From: Longivirga aurantiaca
Lineage (GTDB): Bacteria > Actinomycetota > Actinomycetes > S36-B12 > CAIYMF01
NCBI RefSeq assembly: GCF_042660085.1
Contig: NZ_JBHSTI010000008.1
Span: forward strand, 1,749,876 to 1,781,875
Direction: 5' to 3'
Length of the DNA: 32,000 nucleotides
The notes below the pieces were generated by a model, which did no database searches, was not told the DNA's origin, and worked only from the letters and a program-made list of their open reading frames with translations. Below are positions 1 to 15,495 of this stretch, piece after piece. Within the stretch, counting starts at the first letter, position 1, and each line of letters opens with the position of its first letter. A program made the translations under genes and the position numbers.

Positions 1-275
<275 letters not shown>

Positions 276-289
<14 letters not shown>

Positions 290-1418
290 GAGCGGCCTCC
301 ATCAGGTCGCAGAAACGGTCGAACAGGTACGCCGAGTCGTGCGGACCGGCGGCGGCCTCCGGGTGGTACTGCACCGAGAAGGCGGGGAGGTCGAGCGCGC
401 GCAGGCCCTCGACGACGTCGTCGTTGAGGCACACGTGGCTGACCTCGACCCGGCCGTACGGCGTGTCGCTCACGCGGTCGGTCGGCGCGTCGACGGCGAA
501 GCCGTGGTTCTGCGCGGTGATCTCGACCTTGCCGGTGGTGCGGTCCATCACCGGCACGTTGATGCCGCGGTGGCCGTAGCGCAGCTTGTAGGTGCCGAAG
601 CCGAAGGCGCGGCCGAGCACCTGGTTGCCGAAGCAGATCCCGAACACCGGGCGGCGCGCGTCGAGCGCGGCCTTCACGAGGTCGACCGCGTGGTCGGCGG
701 TGGCCGGGTCGCCGGGGCCGTTGCTGAAGAAGACGCCGTCGACCCCGACCTCGAGCAGCCGCTCGGGCGTGATGGTGGAGGGCACGACGTGCACCTCGAT
801 GCCGCGCTCGGCCATGTGCCGCGGGGTCGCGCCCTTGATGCCGAGGTCGACCGCCGCGACGGTGAAGCGCTTCTCCCCCACCGCAGGGATGACCTCGTCG
901 ACGTCGGTGCTGACCTCGTCGGCCAGCGCCGCACCGACCATCTGCGGGCTCGCGTGCACCTGGGCGAGCAGCTCGTCGACGGGGCGCTCGGCGGCCGCGC
1001 CGCTGAAGACGCCGACGCGCATCGCGCCGCGCTCGCGCAGGTGGCGGGTGAGCGCGCGGGTGTCGACGTCGCTGATGCCGACGATCCCCTGCGCCTCGAG
1101 CTCCTCGTCGAGGGTGCGCTCGCTGCGCCAGTTCGACGCGATGCGGGAGGGGTCGCGCACGACGTACCCGGCCACCCAGATCCGCCGCGACTCGGCGTCG
1201 GCGTCGTTCACGCCGTAGTTGCCGATGTGCGGAGAGGTCTGCACGACCACCTGGCGGTGGTACGACGGGTCGGTGATCGTCTCCTGGTAGCCGGACATGC
1301 CCGTGGTGAACACGGCCTCGCCGAACGTCTCGCCGACGGCGCCGTACGAGCGGCCGCGGAAGACCCGGCCGTCCTCGAGCACCAGCAGCGCCGGTGCGGC
1401 ATCGAGCACCCCGGTCAT
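276..1418 (-). CDS. carA: carbamoyl-phosphate synthase small (glutamine amidotransferase) subunit
   Basis: Lies inside track ORF 276..2417(-). The conserved protein starts at ATG 1418 ([53 protein letters not shown]). GATase motifs [10 protein letters not shown] and VQYHPEA are present. ATGA overlap with the pyrC stop. The upstream part of the track ORF is out-of-frame read-through across pyrC. Confidence 0.95.
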
Positions 1419-2737
1419 GAACCCACCACCTCGGTCTTCGCGGACCGCACGGCCCCGTCGAGCAACGTCGGGCGGCCGCGCAGGAACGTGGCGACCACCG
1501 AGGCCGGCAGCGTGATGCCGGCGTAGGGCGTGTTGCGGCTGCGGCTCTGCAGCGCGGTCGCCTCGACCACGTGCTCGCGCGCCGGGTCGACCAGTACGAG
1601 GTTGGCCGGCTCCCCTGCGGCGAGCGGCCGCCCGTGGCCGGCGAGCCGGCCGATCCGCGCGGGCGCGATCGACATGCGGTCGGCGACCCCGGCCCAGTCG
1701 AGCAGCCCCGTCTCGACCATGGCGGAGGCGACGACGCCGAGCGCGGTCTCGAGGCCGAGCATGCCCATGGCAGCCTCGGCCCACTCGCAGTCCTTGTCCT
1801 CGACCGGGTGCGGGGCGTGGTCGGTGGCGACGATGTCGATCGTGCCGTCGGCCAGCGCCTCGCGCAGGGCGAGCACGTCGCGCTCGGAGCGCAGCGGCGG
1901 GTTGACCTTGTAGACCGGGTCGTACGACCGCACGAGCTCCTCGGTGAGCAGCAGGTGGTGCGGCGTGACCTCGGCCGTGACGTCGATGCCCCGGGACTTG
2001 GCCCAGCGCACGATCTCGACCGATCCCGCGGTGGAGACGTGGCACACGTGCAGGCGCGACCCGACGTGCTCGGCGAGCAGCACGTCGCGGGCGATGATCG
2101 CCTCCTCGGCGACCGCCGGCCATCCGCGCAGGCCGAGGATCCCGGAGAGCGGGCCCTCGTTCATCTGCGCGTCCTCGGTGAGCCGCGGCTCCTGCGCGTG
2201 CTGCGCGACGACGCCGTCGAACGCCTTCACGTACTCCAGCGCGCGGCGCATGATCACGGCGTCGTGCACGCACTTGCCGTCGTCGCTGAAGACGCGGACC
2301 TGCGCGGCGCTGTCGGCCATCGCGCCGAGCTCGGAGAGCGCGGTGCCCCCCAGGCCCACGGTGACCGCGCCGATCGGCTGGACGTCGACGTAGCCGGCGG
2401 CGCGGCCGAGGTGCCACACCTGCTCGACCGTGCCGGCGGTGTCGGCGACCGGATCGGTGTTGGCCATGGCGAACACCGCGGTGAACCCGCCGGCCGCGGC
2501 GGCTCGCGAGCCGCTCTCGACCGTCTCGGCGTCCTCGCGGCCCGGCTCGCGCAGGTGGGTGTGCAGGTCGACGAGCCCCGGCAGGGCGATGAGGCCCTCG
2601 GCCTCGACGACGATCGCGCCCTCGGCGTTCGCGGCACCGGCGGCGGTCACCTCGGCGATGACGCCGTCGCGGAGGACGAGGTCGGCGGGCTCCCCGCCCA
2701 GGATCCGCGCGTTGCGGACGACGTAGGTCTCGGGCAT
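1415..2737 (-). CDS. pyrC: dihydroorotase
   Basis: ORF 1415..2737(-), 440 aa. Metal-ligand motif [12 protein letters not shown] and amidohydrolase-type sequence. Sits between pyrB and carA as in actinobacterial pyr operons. Confidence 0.95.
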   Translation of the reverse strand: MPETYVVRNARILGGEPADLVLRDGVIAEVTAAGAANAEGAIVVEAEGLIALPGLVDLHTHLREPGREDAETVESGSRAAAAGGFTAVFAMANTDPVADTAGTVEQVWHLGRAAGYVDVQPIGAVTVGLGGTALSELGAMADSAAQVRVFSDDGKCVHDAVIMRRALEYVKAFDGVVAQHAQEPRLTEDAQMNEGPLSGILGLRGWPAVAEEAIIARDVLLAEHVGSRLHVCHVSTAGSVEIVRWAKSRGIDVTAEVTPHHLLLTEELVRSYDPVYKVNPPLRSERDVLALREALADGTIDIVATDHAPHPVEDKDCEWAEAAMGMLGLETALGVVASAMVETGLLDWAGVADRMSIAPARIGRLAGHGRPLAAGEPANLVLVDPAREHVVEATALQSRSRNTPYAGITLPASVVATFLRGRPTLLDGAVRSAKTEVVGS

Positions 2738-2738
2738 C

Positions 2739-4334
<1,596 letters not shown>

Positions 4335-4566
4335 ACTTGGTCTGCGGCGACCCTACCCGACCCCCGGCGGGTCGCGGCGGGGCGCACCGAGGAGTGAGAC
4401 AGCCCACGCCCGGCGGGCCCCGGCGGCGACAGCGCGTCACATTGCCGCAGAGGTGTAACAGAACCGCCCCGACACGCTCGGTGTGCGATCCGGGGGGCGT
4501 CCGCACCTCGACCACACCCTAAGAGCCTCGCCCGAACGGCCGATGGAACCACCAGGCACGGGACGC

Positions 4567-4581
4567 GTTACGCTGCGTAAC
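4567..4581. promoter_or_regulatory. BldD-box palindrome upstream of bldD (candidate autoregulatory operator)
   Basis: GTTACGC-T-GCGTAAC has perfect 7-bp arms. It fits every fixed position of the Streptomyces BldD box nTnACnC(A/T)GnGTnAn as I recall it. It lies about 70 bp upstream of the bldD ATG in the pyrR-bldD divergent spacer. Confidence 0.6.
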
Positions 4582-4649
4582 ATCACCCGCGGGGTGGGAA
4601 CACTCGACGCCCGGGACGCAACGGGGATCGACGGAGGGACACGTCACTC

Positions 4650-5138
4650 ATGGCTACCGACTACGCCAAGGCGCTCGGCGCACGCCTCAGGGCCATCCGC
4701 CAGCAGCAGGGCCTCTCGCTCCATGGCGTGGAGGAGAAGTCGCAGGGCCGCTGGAAGGCGGTCGTGGTGGGCTCGTACGAGCGCGGCGACCGTGCCGTCA
4801 CCGTCCAGAAGCTGGCCGAGCTCGCGGACTTCTACTCGGTGCCCGTCTCCGAGCTGCTGCCCGACTCGTCGCCGTCCGTCGCGGCCGAGGCGCCCAAGCG
4901 GCTCGTCATCGACCTCGAGCGCCTCGGCCAGGTGCCGGCGGAGAAGGCCGGCCCGCTGGCCCGCTACGCCGCCGCCATCCAGGCCCAGCGCGGCGACTAC
5001 AACGGCCGCGTGCTCTCCATCCGCCAGGACGACCTGCGCACCCTCGCGGTCATCTACGACGAGGCCCCGAGCCAGCTCGCCGAGCAGCTCATCGGCTGGG
5101 GCGTGCTCAACCCCGAGGCCCGCGGCGCGATCGACTAG
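4650..5138 (+). CDS. bldD: BldD-family developmental transcriptional regulator (XRE HTH plus c-di-GMP-binding C-terminal domain)
   Basis: 162 aa. N-terminal HTH region AKALGARLRAIRQQQGLSLHGVEEKSQGRWKAVVVGSYERGDRAVT. The C-terminal domain carries RGD(114-116)-X8-RQDD(125-128). The sequence is colinear with Streptomyces BldD as I recall it. It is divergent from pyrR, the same neighbourhood as in Streptomyces. SD GGAGGG lies upstream. Confidence 0.9.
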   Translation: MATDYAKALGARLRAIRQQQGLSLHGVEEKSQGRWKAVVVGSYERGDRAVTVQKLAELADFYSVPVSELLPDSSPSVAAEAPKRLVIDLERLGQVPAEKAGPLARYAAAIQAQRGDYNGRVLSIRQDDLRTLAVIYDEAPSQLAEQLIGWGVLNPEARGAID

Positions 5139-5141
5139 CGC

Positions 5142-5193
5142 ACGTATGACGAAGGCCCCCGGCAGCGTGAGCGCCGGGGGCCTTCGTCGTACG
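5142..5193. terminator. bidirectional hairpin between convergent bldD and pyk
   Basis: ACGTATGACGAAGGCCCCCGGC-agcgtgagc-GCCGGGGGCCTTCGTCGTACGT has about 22-nt arms with one mismatch. It fills the 57-bp gap between the two stop codons. There is no U tract, which is common in high-GC actinobacteria. Confidence 0.6.
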
Positions 5194-5195
5194 TG

Positions 5196-6623
5196 CTAGA
5201 TGCCGCTGGGGATCTGGGTTCCCATGCGGTGCACGCGCATGCCGTTGGTCGTGCCGGGGACGCCCGGCGGCACGCCCGCGATGATGACGAGCAGCTCGCC
5301 GACGGTGGCGCGGCCGTTCTCCTGGAGCGCGGCGTCGACAATGCTCACCATCTCGTCGGTGCTGACGACCTTGGGCACGAGGTAGGTCTCGACGCCCCAC
5401 GAGAGCGCGAGCTGGCTGCGCACGCGCGGGTTCGGCGTGAAGGCCATGAGCGGCATCGCCGGGCGGTAGCGAGAGACGAGGCGGGCCGAGCGGCCGGTCT
5501 CGGTGAAGGCGATGACGCCGGAGGCGTGCACGTCCTGCGCCACACGGACAGCGGCGCGCGTGATGGACCGCGAGGTGGAGTCGTTGGGGTCGGTGACGAC
5601 GGGCAGCTGGTCGAGCGCCTCGCCCTCGACCTCCTCGATGATGCGGCTCATCGTGCGCACGACGTGCGCAGGGTGCGAGCCGACCGAGGTCTCGCCCGAG
5701 AGCATGAGGGCGTCGGTGCCGTCGAGGACGGCGTTGGCGACGTCGCTGGCCTCGGCGCGCGTGGGGCGCGTCATCGAGACCATCGAGTCGAGCATCTGGG
5801 TCGCCACGATGACCGGCTTGGCGCGGCGGCGGGCGAGGGTGATCGCGCGCTTCTGCACCAGCGGCACCTGCTCGAGCGGCAGCTCCACGCCCAGGTCGCC
5901 GCGGGCGACCATGATCCCGTCGAACGCGTCGATGATCGACTCGAGGTTGGCAACGGCCTGCGGCTTCTCGATCTTGGCGATGACCGGCAGCCGCACGCCC
6001 TCGTCGTCCATGATCTTCTGCACGTCGAGGAGGTCGTCGGCGCTGCGGACGAACGACAGCGCGATGATGTCGACGCCGAGGCGCAGGGCCCAGCGGAGGT
6101 CGGCGACGTCCTTGTCGGACATTGCAGGGACGCTGACGGCGACGCCGGGGAGGTTGATCCCCTTGTTGTCGCTGACGCGGCCGCCCTCGACGACCTCGGT
6201 CACGACCGACCGCTCGTCGACCTCGATCGCGCGCAGCGCCACCTTGCCGTCGTCGATCAGGATCATGTCGCCGGGGTGGACGTCGCCGGGCAGGCCCTTG
6301 TAGGTCGTGCCGCACATGTCGACGTCGCCCGGCACGTCGTCGATGGTGATCGTGAAGCGGGCGCCGGGCTCGAGCACCACCGGTCCGTTGGCGAAGGTCG
6401 CCAGCCGGATCTTGGGGCCTTGGAGGTCGACGAGGATGCCGATCCCCCGCCCGGCGGTGTCTCCAGCAGCACGGACCCACCCGTAGACCCGCTCGTGGTC
6501 GGCGTAGGAGCCGTGCGAGAGGTTCATGCGGGCGACGTCCATGCCGGCGTCGACGAGGGACTGGATGCCCTCCTGGCTCGCTACAGCGGGCCCGAGGGTG
6601 CAGACGATCTTGGCGCGGCGCAC
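5196..6623 (-). CDS. pyk: pyruvate kinase
   Basis: Track ORF 5196..6677(-). The conserved N-terminus begins at GTG 6623 (RRAKIVCTLGPA). Motifs MNLSHG, VDLQGPKIR and MVARGDLGVE are present. 475 aa from this start. Confidence 0.9.
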   Translation of the reverse strand: MRRAKIVCTLGPAVASQEGIQSLVDAGMDVARMNLSHGSYADHERVYGWVRAAGDTAGRGIGILVDLQGPKIRLATFANGPVVLEPGARFTITIDDVPGDVDMCGTTYKGLPGDVHPGDMILIDDGKVALRAIEVDERSVVTEVVEGGRVSDNKGINLPGVAVSVPAMSDKDVADLRWALRLGVDIIALSFVRSADDLLDVQKIMDDEGVRLPVIAKIEKPQAVANLESIIDAFDGIMVARGDLGVELPLEQVPLVQKRAITLARRRAKPVIVATQMLDSMVSMTRPTRAEASDVANAVLDGTDALMLSGETSVGSHPAHVVRTMSRIIEEVEGEALDQLPVVTDPNDSTSRSITRAAVRVAQDVHASGVIAFTETGRSARLVSRYRPAMPLMAFTPNPRVRSQLALSWGVETYLVPKVVSTDEMVSIVDAALQENGRATVGELLVIIAGVPPGVPGTTNGMRVHRMGTQIPSGI

Positions 6624-6685
6624 GTAGGTAACCCTATCCCTGCCGGAGTGTGGTTGAAAGCGGTTGCAGTTCAGCACGGGCTCAC

Positions 6686-6712
6686 GGCCCCCGCACCTCG
6701 GGTGCGGGAGCC
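6686..6712 (-). terminator. stem-loop downstream of gltD
   Basis: Minus-strand RNA GGCUCCCGCACC-CGA-GGUGCGGGGGCC forms a 12-bp stem with one G-U pair. It begins about 10 nt after the gltD stop and lies ahead of the pyk promoter region. Confidence 0.6.
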
Positions 6713-6722
6713 GTGCCGCGGC

Positions 6723-8169
6723 TCAGACGACGAGCGGTCGGGCCGTCGGAGGGATCGGCGCCGGGAGCGTGGTGCTGCCCGACAGCCAGGTGTCGACCCC
6801 CGCCGCGGCCGAACGGCCCTCGGCGATGGCCCACACGATGAGCGACTGTCCGCGGCCGGCGTCCCCGGCGACGAAGACGCCCGGGACGGTGCTCATGTAG
6901 GAGCGGTCGCGCACGATGTTGCCGCGCTCGTCGAGCTCGACGCCGAGCTGCTCGAGCAGCGGGCCGCGCTCCGGGCCGGTGAAGCCCATCGCGAGGAACA
7001 CGTAGTCGGCCGGCAGCTCCCGCTCGCTGCCGGGCACCGGCTCGAAGCGGCCGTCCTTGAACTCGACCTCGACGATCTCGAGCGCCCGCACCCGGCCGTT
7101 GCCGTCATCGACGAAGCGCTGGGTGTTGACGGCGTAGACGCGCTCGCCGCCCTCCTCGTGGGCGCTCGTGACCTTGTACGACATCGGGTACGTCGGCCAG
7201 GGCTGGCCCTTCGGCCGCGACTCCGGAGGCATGGGCATGATCTCGAGCTGGGTGACCGAGGCCGCGCCCTGGCGGTGCGAGGTGCCGAGGCAGTCGGCCC
7301 CGGTGTCGCCGCCGCCGATGATGACGACGTGCTTGCCGGCGACGTCGATCGGCGCGACATCGAGGTCGCCCTCCTGCACGCGGTTCGCACCGGGCAGGAA
7401 CTCCATCGCCTGGTGCACGCCCGCGAGCTCGCGGCCCGGGACGGGCAGGTCGCGCCACTGGGTCGCGCCGACCGAGAGCACGACGGCGTCGTACCGCTTG
7501 CGTAGGTCGGTGCCCGTGACGTCGGTGCCGACGTCGACGCCCGCGCGGAACTTCACGCCCTCGGCCTGCATCTGCGCGAGGCGGCGGTCGAGGTGGCGCT
7601 TCTCCATCTTGAACTCGGGGATGCCGTAGCGCAGCAGGCCGCCGACGCGGTCGGCGCGCTCGAACACGGCGACCGTGTGGCCGGCGCGGGCGAGCTGCTG
7701 GGCCGCGGCGAGACCGGCCGGGCCGGAGCCGATGACCGCGATGGTCCTGCCCGACTGGCGAGGTGCGGGCTGCGGCGTGATCCAGCCCTCGTCCCAGGCG
7801 GCGTCGACGATCTCGACCTCGACCTGCTTGATGGAGACCGGGTCCTGGTTGATGCCGAGCACGCAAGCGGTCTCGCACGGCGCAGGGCACAGCCGGCCGG
7901 TGAACTCCGGGAAGTTGTTGGTCGCGTGCAGTCGCTCGGACGCGAGGCGCCAGTCGCCCCGCCAGACCAGGTCGTTCCACTCCGGGATGAGGTTCCCGAG
8001 CGGGCAGCCGTTGTGGCAGAACGGGATGCCGCAGTCCATGCAGCGCCCGGCCTGCTTCTCCAGCGTCTCGGTCGGGAAGGGCTCGTAGACCTCGCGCCAG
8101 TCACGGATGCGGATGTCGACCGGACGGCGCGTGGGGCCCTCGCGACCGGTGGTGAGAAAGCCCTTCGGG

Positions 8170-8177
<8 letters not shown>
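6723..8177 (-). CDS. gltD: glutamate synthase (NADPH) small subunit
   Basis: 484 aa. Cys clusters [14 protein letters not shown] and [10 protein letters not shown]. Dinucleotide-binding motifs [12 protein letters not shown] and [12 protein letters not shown]. The start overlaps the gltB stop by 8 nt. Confidence 0.95.
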
Positions 8178-12705
<4,528 letters not shown>

Positions 12706-12905
12706 GGTCACTCCCGGTGGCTCGCCGATACCGGTCCGCGCGCTGGGAGCGGGATCCGGTGGGGTCGAGCAGGGGGACGACATTGGCCGCGCTGCTGTGC
12801 GCAGACTGTAACGCGCCGGGTGTACCGACGTGCAACAGGGGCGCGTGTGTCCCATCCCACGAGATCCCGCGTCTCACATGCTGGGAGCTACCGCGACCCA
12901 GCGGA

Positions 12906-13616
12906 TCAGGAGATGGACGTCCCCACGAGGGAGCCGACGCCGAAGGTGACCGCGGCGGCGGCGGCGCCCACGAACAGCTGGCGCAGGCCGGAGAACCACC
13001 AGGAGCGGGCGGTGACGCGCGAGACGACCGCGCCGGCCGCGAACAGGCCCATGAGCGACAGCACGAGCGACCAGGTGAGCGTGGTGGCGCCGAAGGCGTA
13101 GGGCAGCACCGGGATCATCGCGCCCGCCACGAACGACAGGAACGACGAGCCGGCGGCGAGCCACGGGTTGGGCAGCTCGCCCGGGGCCATGCCGAGCTCC
13201 TCGCGGGCGTGCACCTCGAGCGCCGCATCGGGGTTCTTCGCCAGCTGGCTCGCCATCTCCACCGCGAGCTCGCGGTCGATGCCGCGGGAGACCCAGATCT
13301 CGGCGAGCTCCTTGGCCTCGGCGTCGGGGTTGCGCGACAGCTCGCGGCGCTCGTTCTCGAACTCCTGCTCGGCGAGCTCGGACTGCGACGCCACCGAGGT
13401 GTACTCCCCCGCGGCCATCGAGAACGCGCCCGCCGCGAGGCCCGCGAGCCCGGCGAGCACGACCGCGCTGCGGTTGCCGTCGGCGAGGCCCGCCGTACCC
13501 CCGGCCACGCCTGCCATGAGCGCGAAGTTGGAGACGAGGCCGTCCATGGCTCCGAAGACGGCCGGTCGCAGCCAGCCGCCCGTGACGTCGCGGTGGTGCT
13601 CGAGGGGGATGCTCAC
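12906..13616 (-). CDS. VIT1/CCC1-family iron/manganese transporter
   Basis: 236 aa, GTG start with GTGA overlap on the lgt stop. N-terminal AVFGAMDGLVSNFALMAG, a central acidic helix (EYTSVASQSELAEQEFENERRE) and C-terminal TM helices are typical of the VIT family. Confidence 0.8.
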   Translation of the reverse strand: MSIPLEHHRDVTGGWLRPAVFGAMDGLVSNFALMAGVAGGTAGLADGNRSAVVLAGLAGLAAGAFSMAAGEYTSVASQSELAEQEFENERRELSRNPDAEAKELAEIWVSRGIDRELAVEMASQLAKNPDAALEVHAREELGMAPGELPNPWLAAGSSFLSFVAGAMIPVLPYAFGATTLTWSLVLSLMGLFAAGAVVSRVTARSWWFSGLRQLFVGAAAAAVTFGVGSLVGTSIS

Positions 13617-14638
13617 GGGGTCGAACCTACCGGCGGGTCGCCGGGCTCGCTCTCAGCGAGGGCACCCTCACCTGCGGCGGGGACGTCGTCGGCGCCGTCG
13701 GCGTCGGCGGATTCGTCGTCGGCGGCAGCGTCGTCGGCGGGCTCGGCGTCGCGTCCGCGCAACGACGCAGGGTCCTCGCGGCCCGGTCGGAGCCGCGCGC
13801 TCAGGACGATGTAGAGGATCCCGCCGACGATCACCACCAGGGAGGTGAAGACGTTGAGGCGGATCCCGAAGAACTGGTTGGCATCGTCGATCCGCATCGT
13901 CTCGATGATGCCGCGGCCGACGGAGTAGAGCGTGATGTAGAGCGCGAACACCCGGCCGTGGCCCATGCGCCAGCGGCGGTCGGCCCACACGAGCACGATC
14001 GCGACGAGCACGCACCAGATCGACTCGTACAGGAAGGTCGGGTGGAAGGTGGCGTACTGCTCGTAGCCCTCGGGGCGGTTGACCGGATCGATCTGCAGGC
14101 CCCACGGCAGGTCGGTGGGCGCGCCGAAGAGCTCCTGGTTGAACCAGTTGCCCCAGCGTCCGATCGCCTGCGCCAGGACGATGCCCGGGGCGATGGCGTC
14201 GGCGAACGGCGGCAGCGGGATGCCCCTGCGGCGTACGCCGATCCACGCGCCGACGCCGCCGAGGATGACCGCGCCCCAGATGCCGAGGCCGCCGTCCCAG
14301 ATGCGGAACGCCGCGAGCAGGCCCTTGCCGTTCTCGCCGAAGTAGATCTGGTTGTCCGTGATCACGTGGTACAGCCGGCCGCCGACGATCCCGAAGGGCA
14401 CGGCCCAGATCGCGACGTCGGCCACGGTGCCGGGCAAGCCTCCGCGCTCGACCCAGCGCTTCCCGCCGTACCAGATCGCCACGACGATCCCGAGCAGGAT
14501 GATGAGCGCGTAGGCGCGGATCGGCAGCGGGCCGAGGTACCAGACGCCCTGGCTCGGGCTCGGGATGGATGCCAGGACGCCCGACGTCCCCGGCGCCGCA
14601 AGGGCGCCGGGGACGTGGAGGCCGAAGAAGGTCGTCAC
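13613..14638 (-). CDS. lgt: prolipoprotein diacylglyceryl transferase
   Basis: Conserved core inside track ORF 13613..15118(-): SIPSPSQGVWYLGPLPIRAYAL, GGRLYH, GLGIWGA, AIGRWGNWFNQELFG. GTG 14638 (GTGA overlap with the dsbA-like stop) is the only canonical in-frame start between that stop and the core. There is a long acidic Ala/Asp-rich C-terminal tail. The start is uncertain because a strong hairpin lies in the first 20 codons. Confidence 0.85.
   Translation of the reverse strand: MTTFFGLHVPGALAAPGTSGVLASIPSPSQGVWYLGPLPIRAYALIILLGIVVAIWYGGKRWVERGGLPGTVADVAIWAVPFGIVGGRLYHVITDNQIYFGENGKGLLAAFRIWDGGLGIWGAVILGGVGAWIGVRRRGIPLPPFADAIAPGIVLAQAIGRWGNWFNQELFGAPTDLPWGLQIDPVNRPEGYEQYATFHPTFLYESIWCVLVAIVLVWADRRWRMGHGRVFALYITLYSVGRGIIETMRIDDANQFFGIRLNVFTSLVVIVGGILYIVLSARLRPGREDPASLRGRDAEPADDAAADDESADADGADDVPAAGEGALAESEPGDPPVGSTP
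14584..14616 (-). other. 14-bp GC-rich stem-loop just after the dsbA-like stop, inside the annotated lgt 5' end
   Basis: Minus-strand RNA ACGUCCCCGGCGCC-CUUGC-GGCGCCGGGGACGU is a perfect 14-bp stem. It starts about 18 nt after the stop at 14635. No U tract follows. Confidence 0.45.
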
Positions 14639-15429
14639 TTGTTGTCGGCGATGTACTTCTTGAGGGCGTCGATCGTGGCGTATGCGTCGTTCGGGACCTC
14701 CTGGCCGTCCAGGAACAGCGACGGCGTGCCGGGCACGTTCGAGTCGCGGAAGACCGTGTACGAGTTGACCGTCCACTGCTTGTACTTCTGGTCGGTGACG
14801 CAGGTCTCGTACGTGGTCGCCGCGTCGCCCGTGATTCCGGCGTCCTTGCCGAACTGGATCAGCTGCTCGTCGGTCCAGCCGTCGCCCTCGTTCTCGGGAG
14901 CAGGCTGGTTGGCGAAGATGATGTCCTTCACCTCGGCACCCTTTCCGGCGTCGACGGCGCAGCCGTAGGCGTTCGCGGCGCGGGTCGAGGAGTTGGGGTT
15001 CGGGCTCTTCGGGAAGTTCTTCTCGATGAAGGTCGTCGGGCGGTAGACGAGCTGGATCGTGCCGTCGTCCGCGAGCTTCTGGATGTCGGCACCGAGCCGG
15101 GCCTCGAACGCGGCGCACGCCGGGCAGCCGAAGTCCTCCCAGATCGAGAGCACCGGCACGTCGGCCTTGTCGTTGTACGGCACGCCCCAGGCGTAGTCAC
15201 CGCTCGTGAAGGTGCCCTGGGGCACGGCCGCGTCGGCCACGACGCCGGTGCTGTCGCCGCTGCTGCCCCTCGACCCGATCACACCGACGGCGATGATGCC
15301 GGCGACGAGCACGGCGATCACGGCACCGCCGATGATCTGGATCCGGCGGTCGCGCTTCTTCTGCTCGGCCTCGGCGGCGGCACGCGCAGCGGCGGCCTTC
15401 TCCTTGGTCGACTTCTTGCTCTCAACCAT
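14635..15429 (-). CDS. membrane-anchored DsbA-family thiol:disulfide oxidoreductase
   Basis: 264 aa. Lys/Ala-rich cytoplasmic N-terminus, one TM helix (IIGGAVIAVLVAGIIAVGVIG) and a thioredoxin-like domain with CPAC at aa 102-105 (nt 15115-15126). SD GAGGAG lies upstream of ATG 15429. Confidence 0.8.
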   Translation of the reverse strand: MVESKKSTKEKAAAARAAAEAEQKKRDRRIQIIGGAVIAVLVAGIIAVGVIGSRGSSGDSTGVVADAAVPQGTFTSGDYAWGVPYNDKADVPVLSIWEDFGCPACAAFEARLGADIQKLADDGTIQLVYRPTTFIEKNFPKSPNPNSSTRAANAYGCAVDAGKGAEVKDIIFANQPAPENEGDGWTDEQLIQFGKDAGITGDAATTYETCVTDQKYKQWTVNSYTVFRDSNVPGTPSLFLDGQEVPNDAYATIDALKKYIADNK

Positions 15430-15495
15430 CGTCGTGCTCCTCGGGCGGCGCGGACGCCGTGTCGTGGGGGCTGTGCAGGTCGTGGTGCGGGGCGA

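Noticed and set aside
4340-4440. C-rich hairpins and reiterated CCGGCGG in the middle of the pyrR-bldD spacer, for example GCGACC-cuacccgacccccggcg-GGUCGC. I considered a 6C-like small RNA.
   Set aside because: The loops do not show the paired C-run architecture of 6C RNA. The genomic context is wrong. Such GC-rich pseudo-hairpins are expected by chance here.
12797-12835. Possible GlnR box and promoter upstream of gltB. The minus strand reads TTGCAC-n19-TACAGT, with GTTAC-agtctg-CGCAC overlapping the -10 element.
   Set aside because: Only the GTnAC half-site fits the recalled GlnR consensus (gTnAc-n6-GaAAc). The second half-site is poor and the promoter spacing is long. The evidence is too weak to call without a matrix scan or transcription start site data.
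13625-13800. Tandem-looking GTCGTCGGCG/GCGGCG reiterations, considered as a possible VNTR or CRISPR-like repeat.
   Set aside because: They are irregular, in-frame low-complexity coding sequence for the acidic Ala/Asp-rich C-terminal tail of Lgt. There is no spacer/repeat periodicity.
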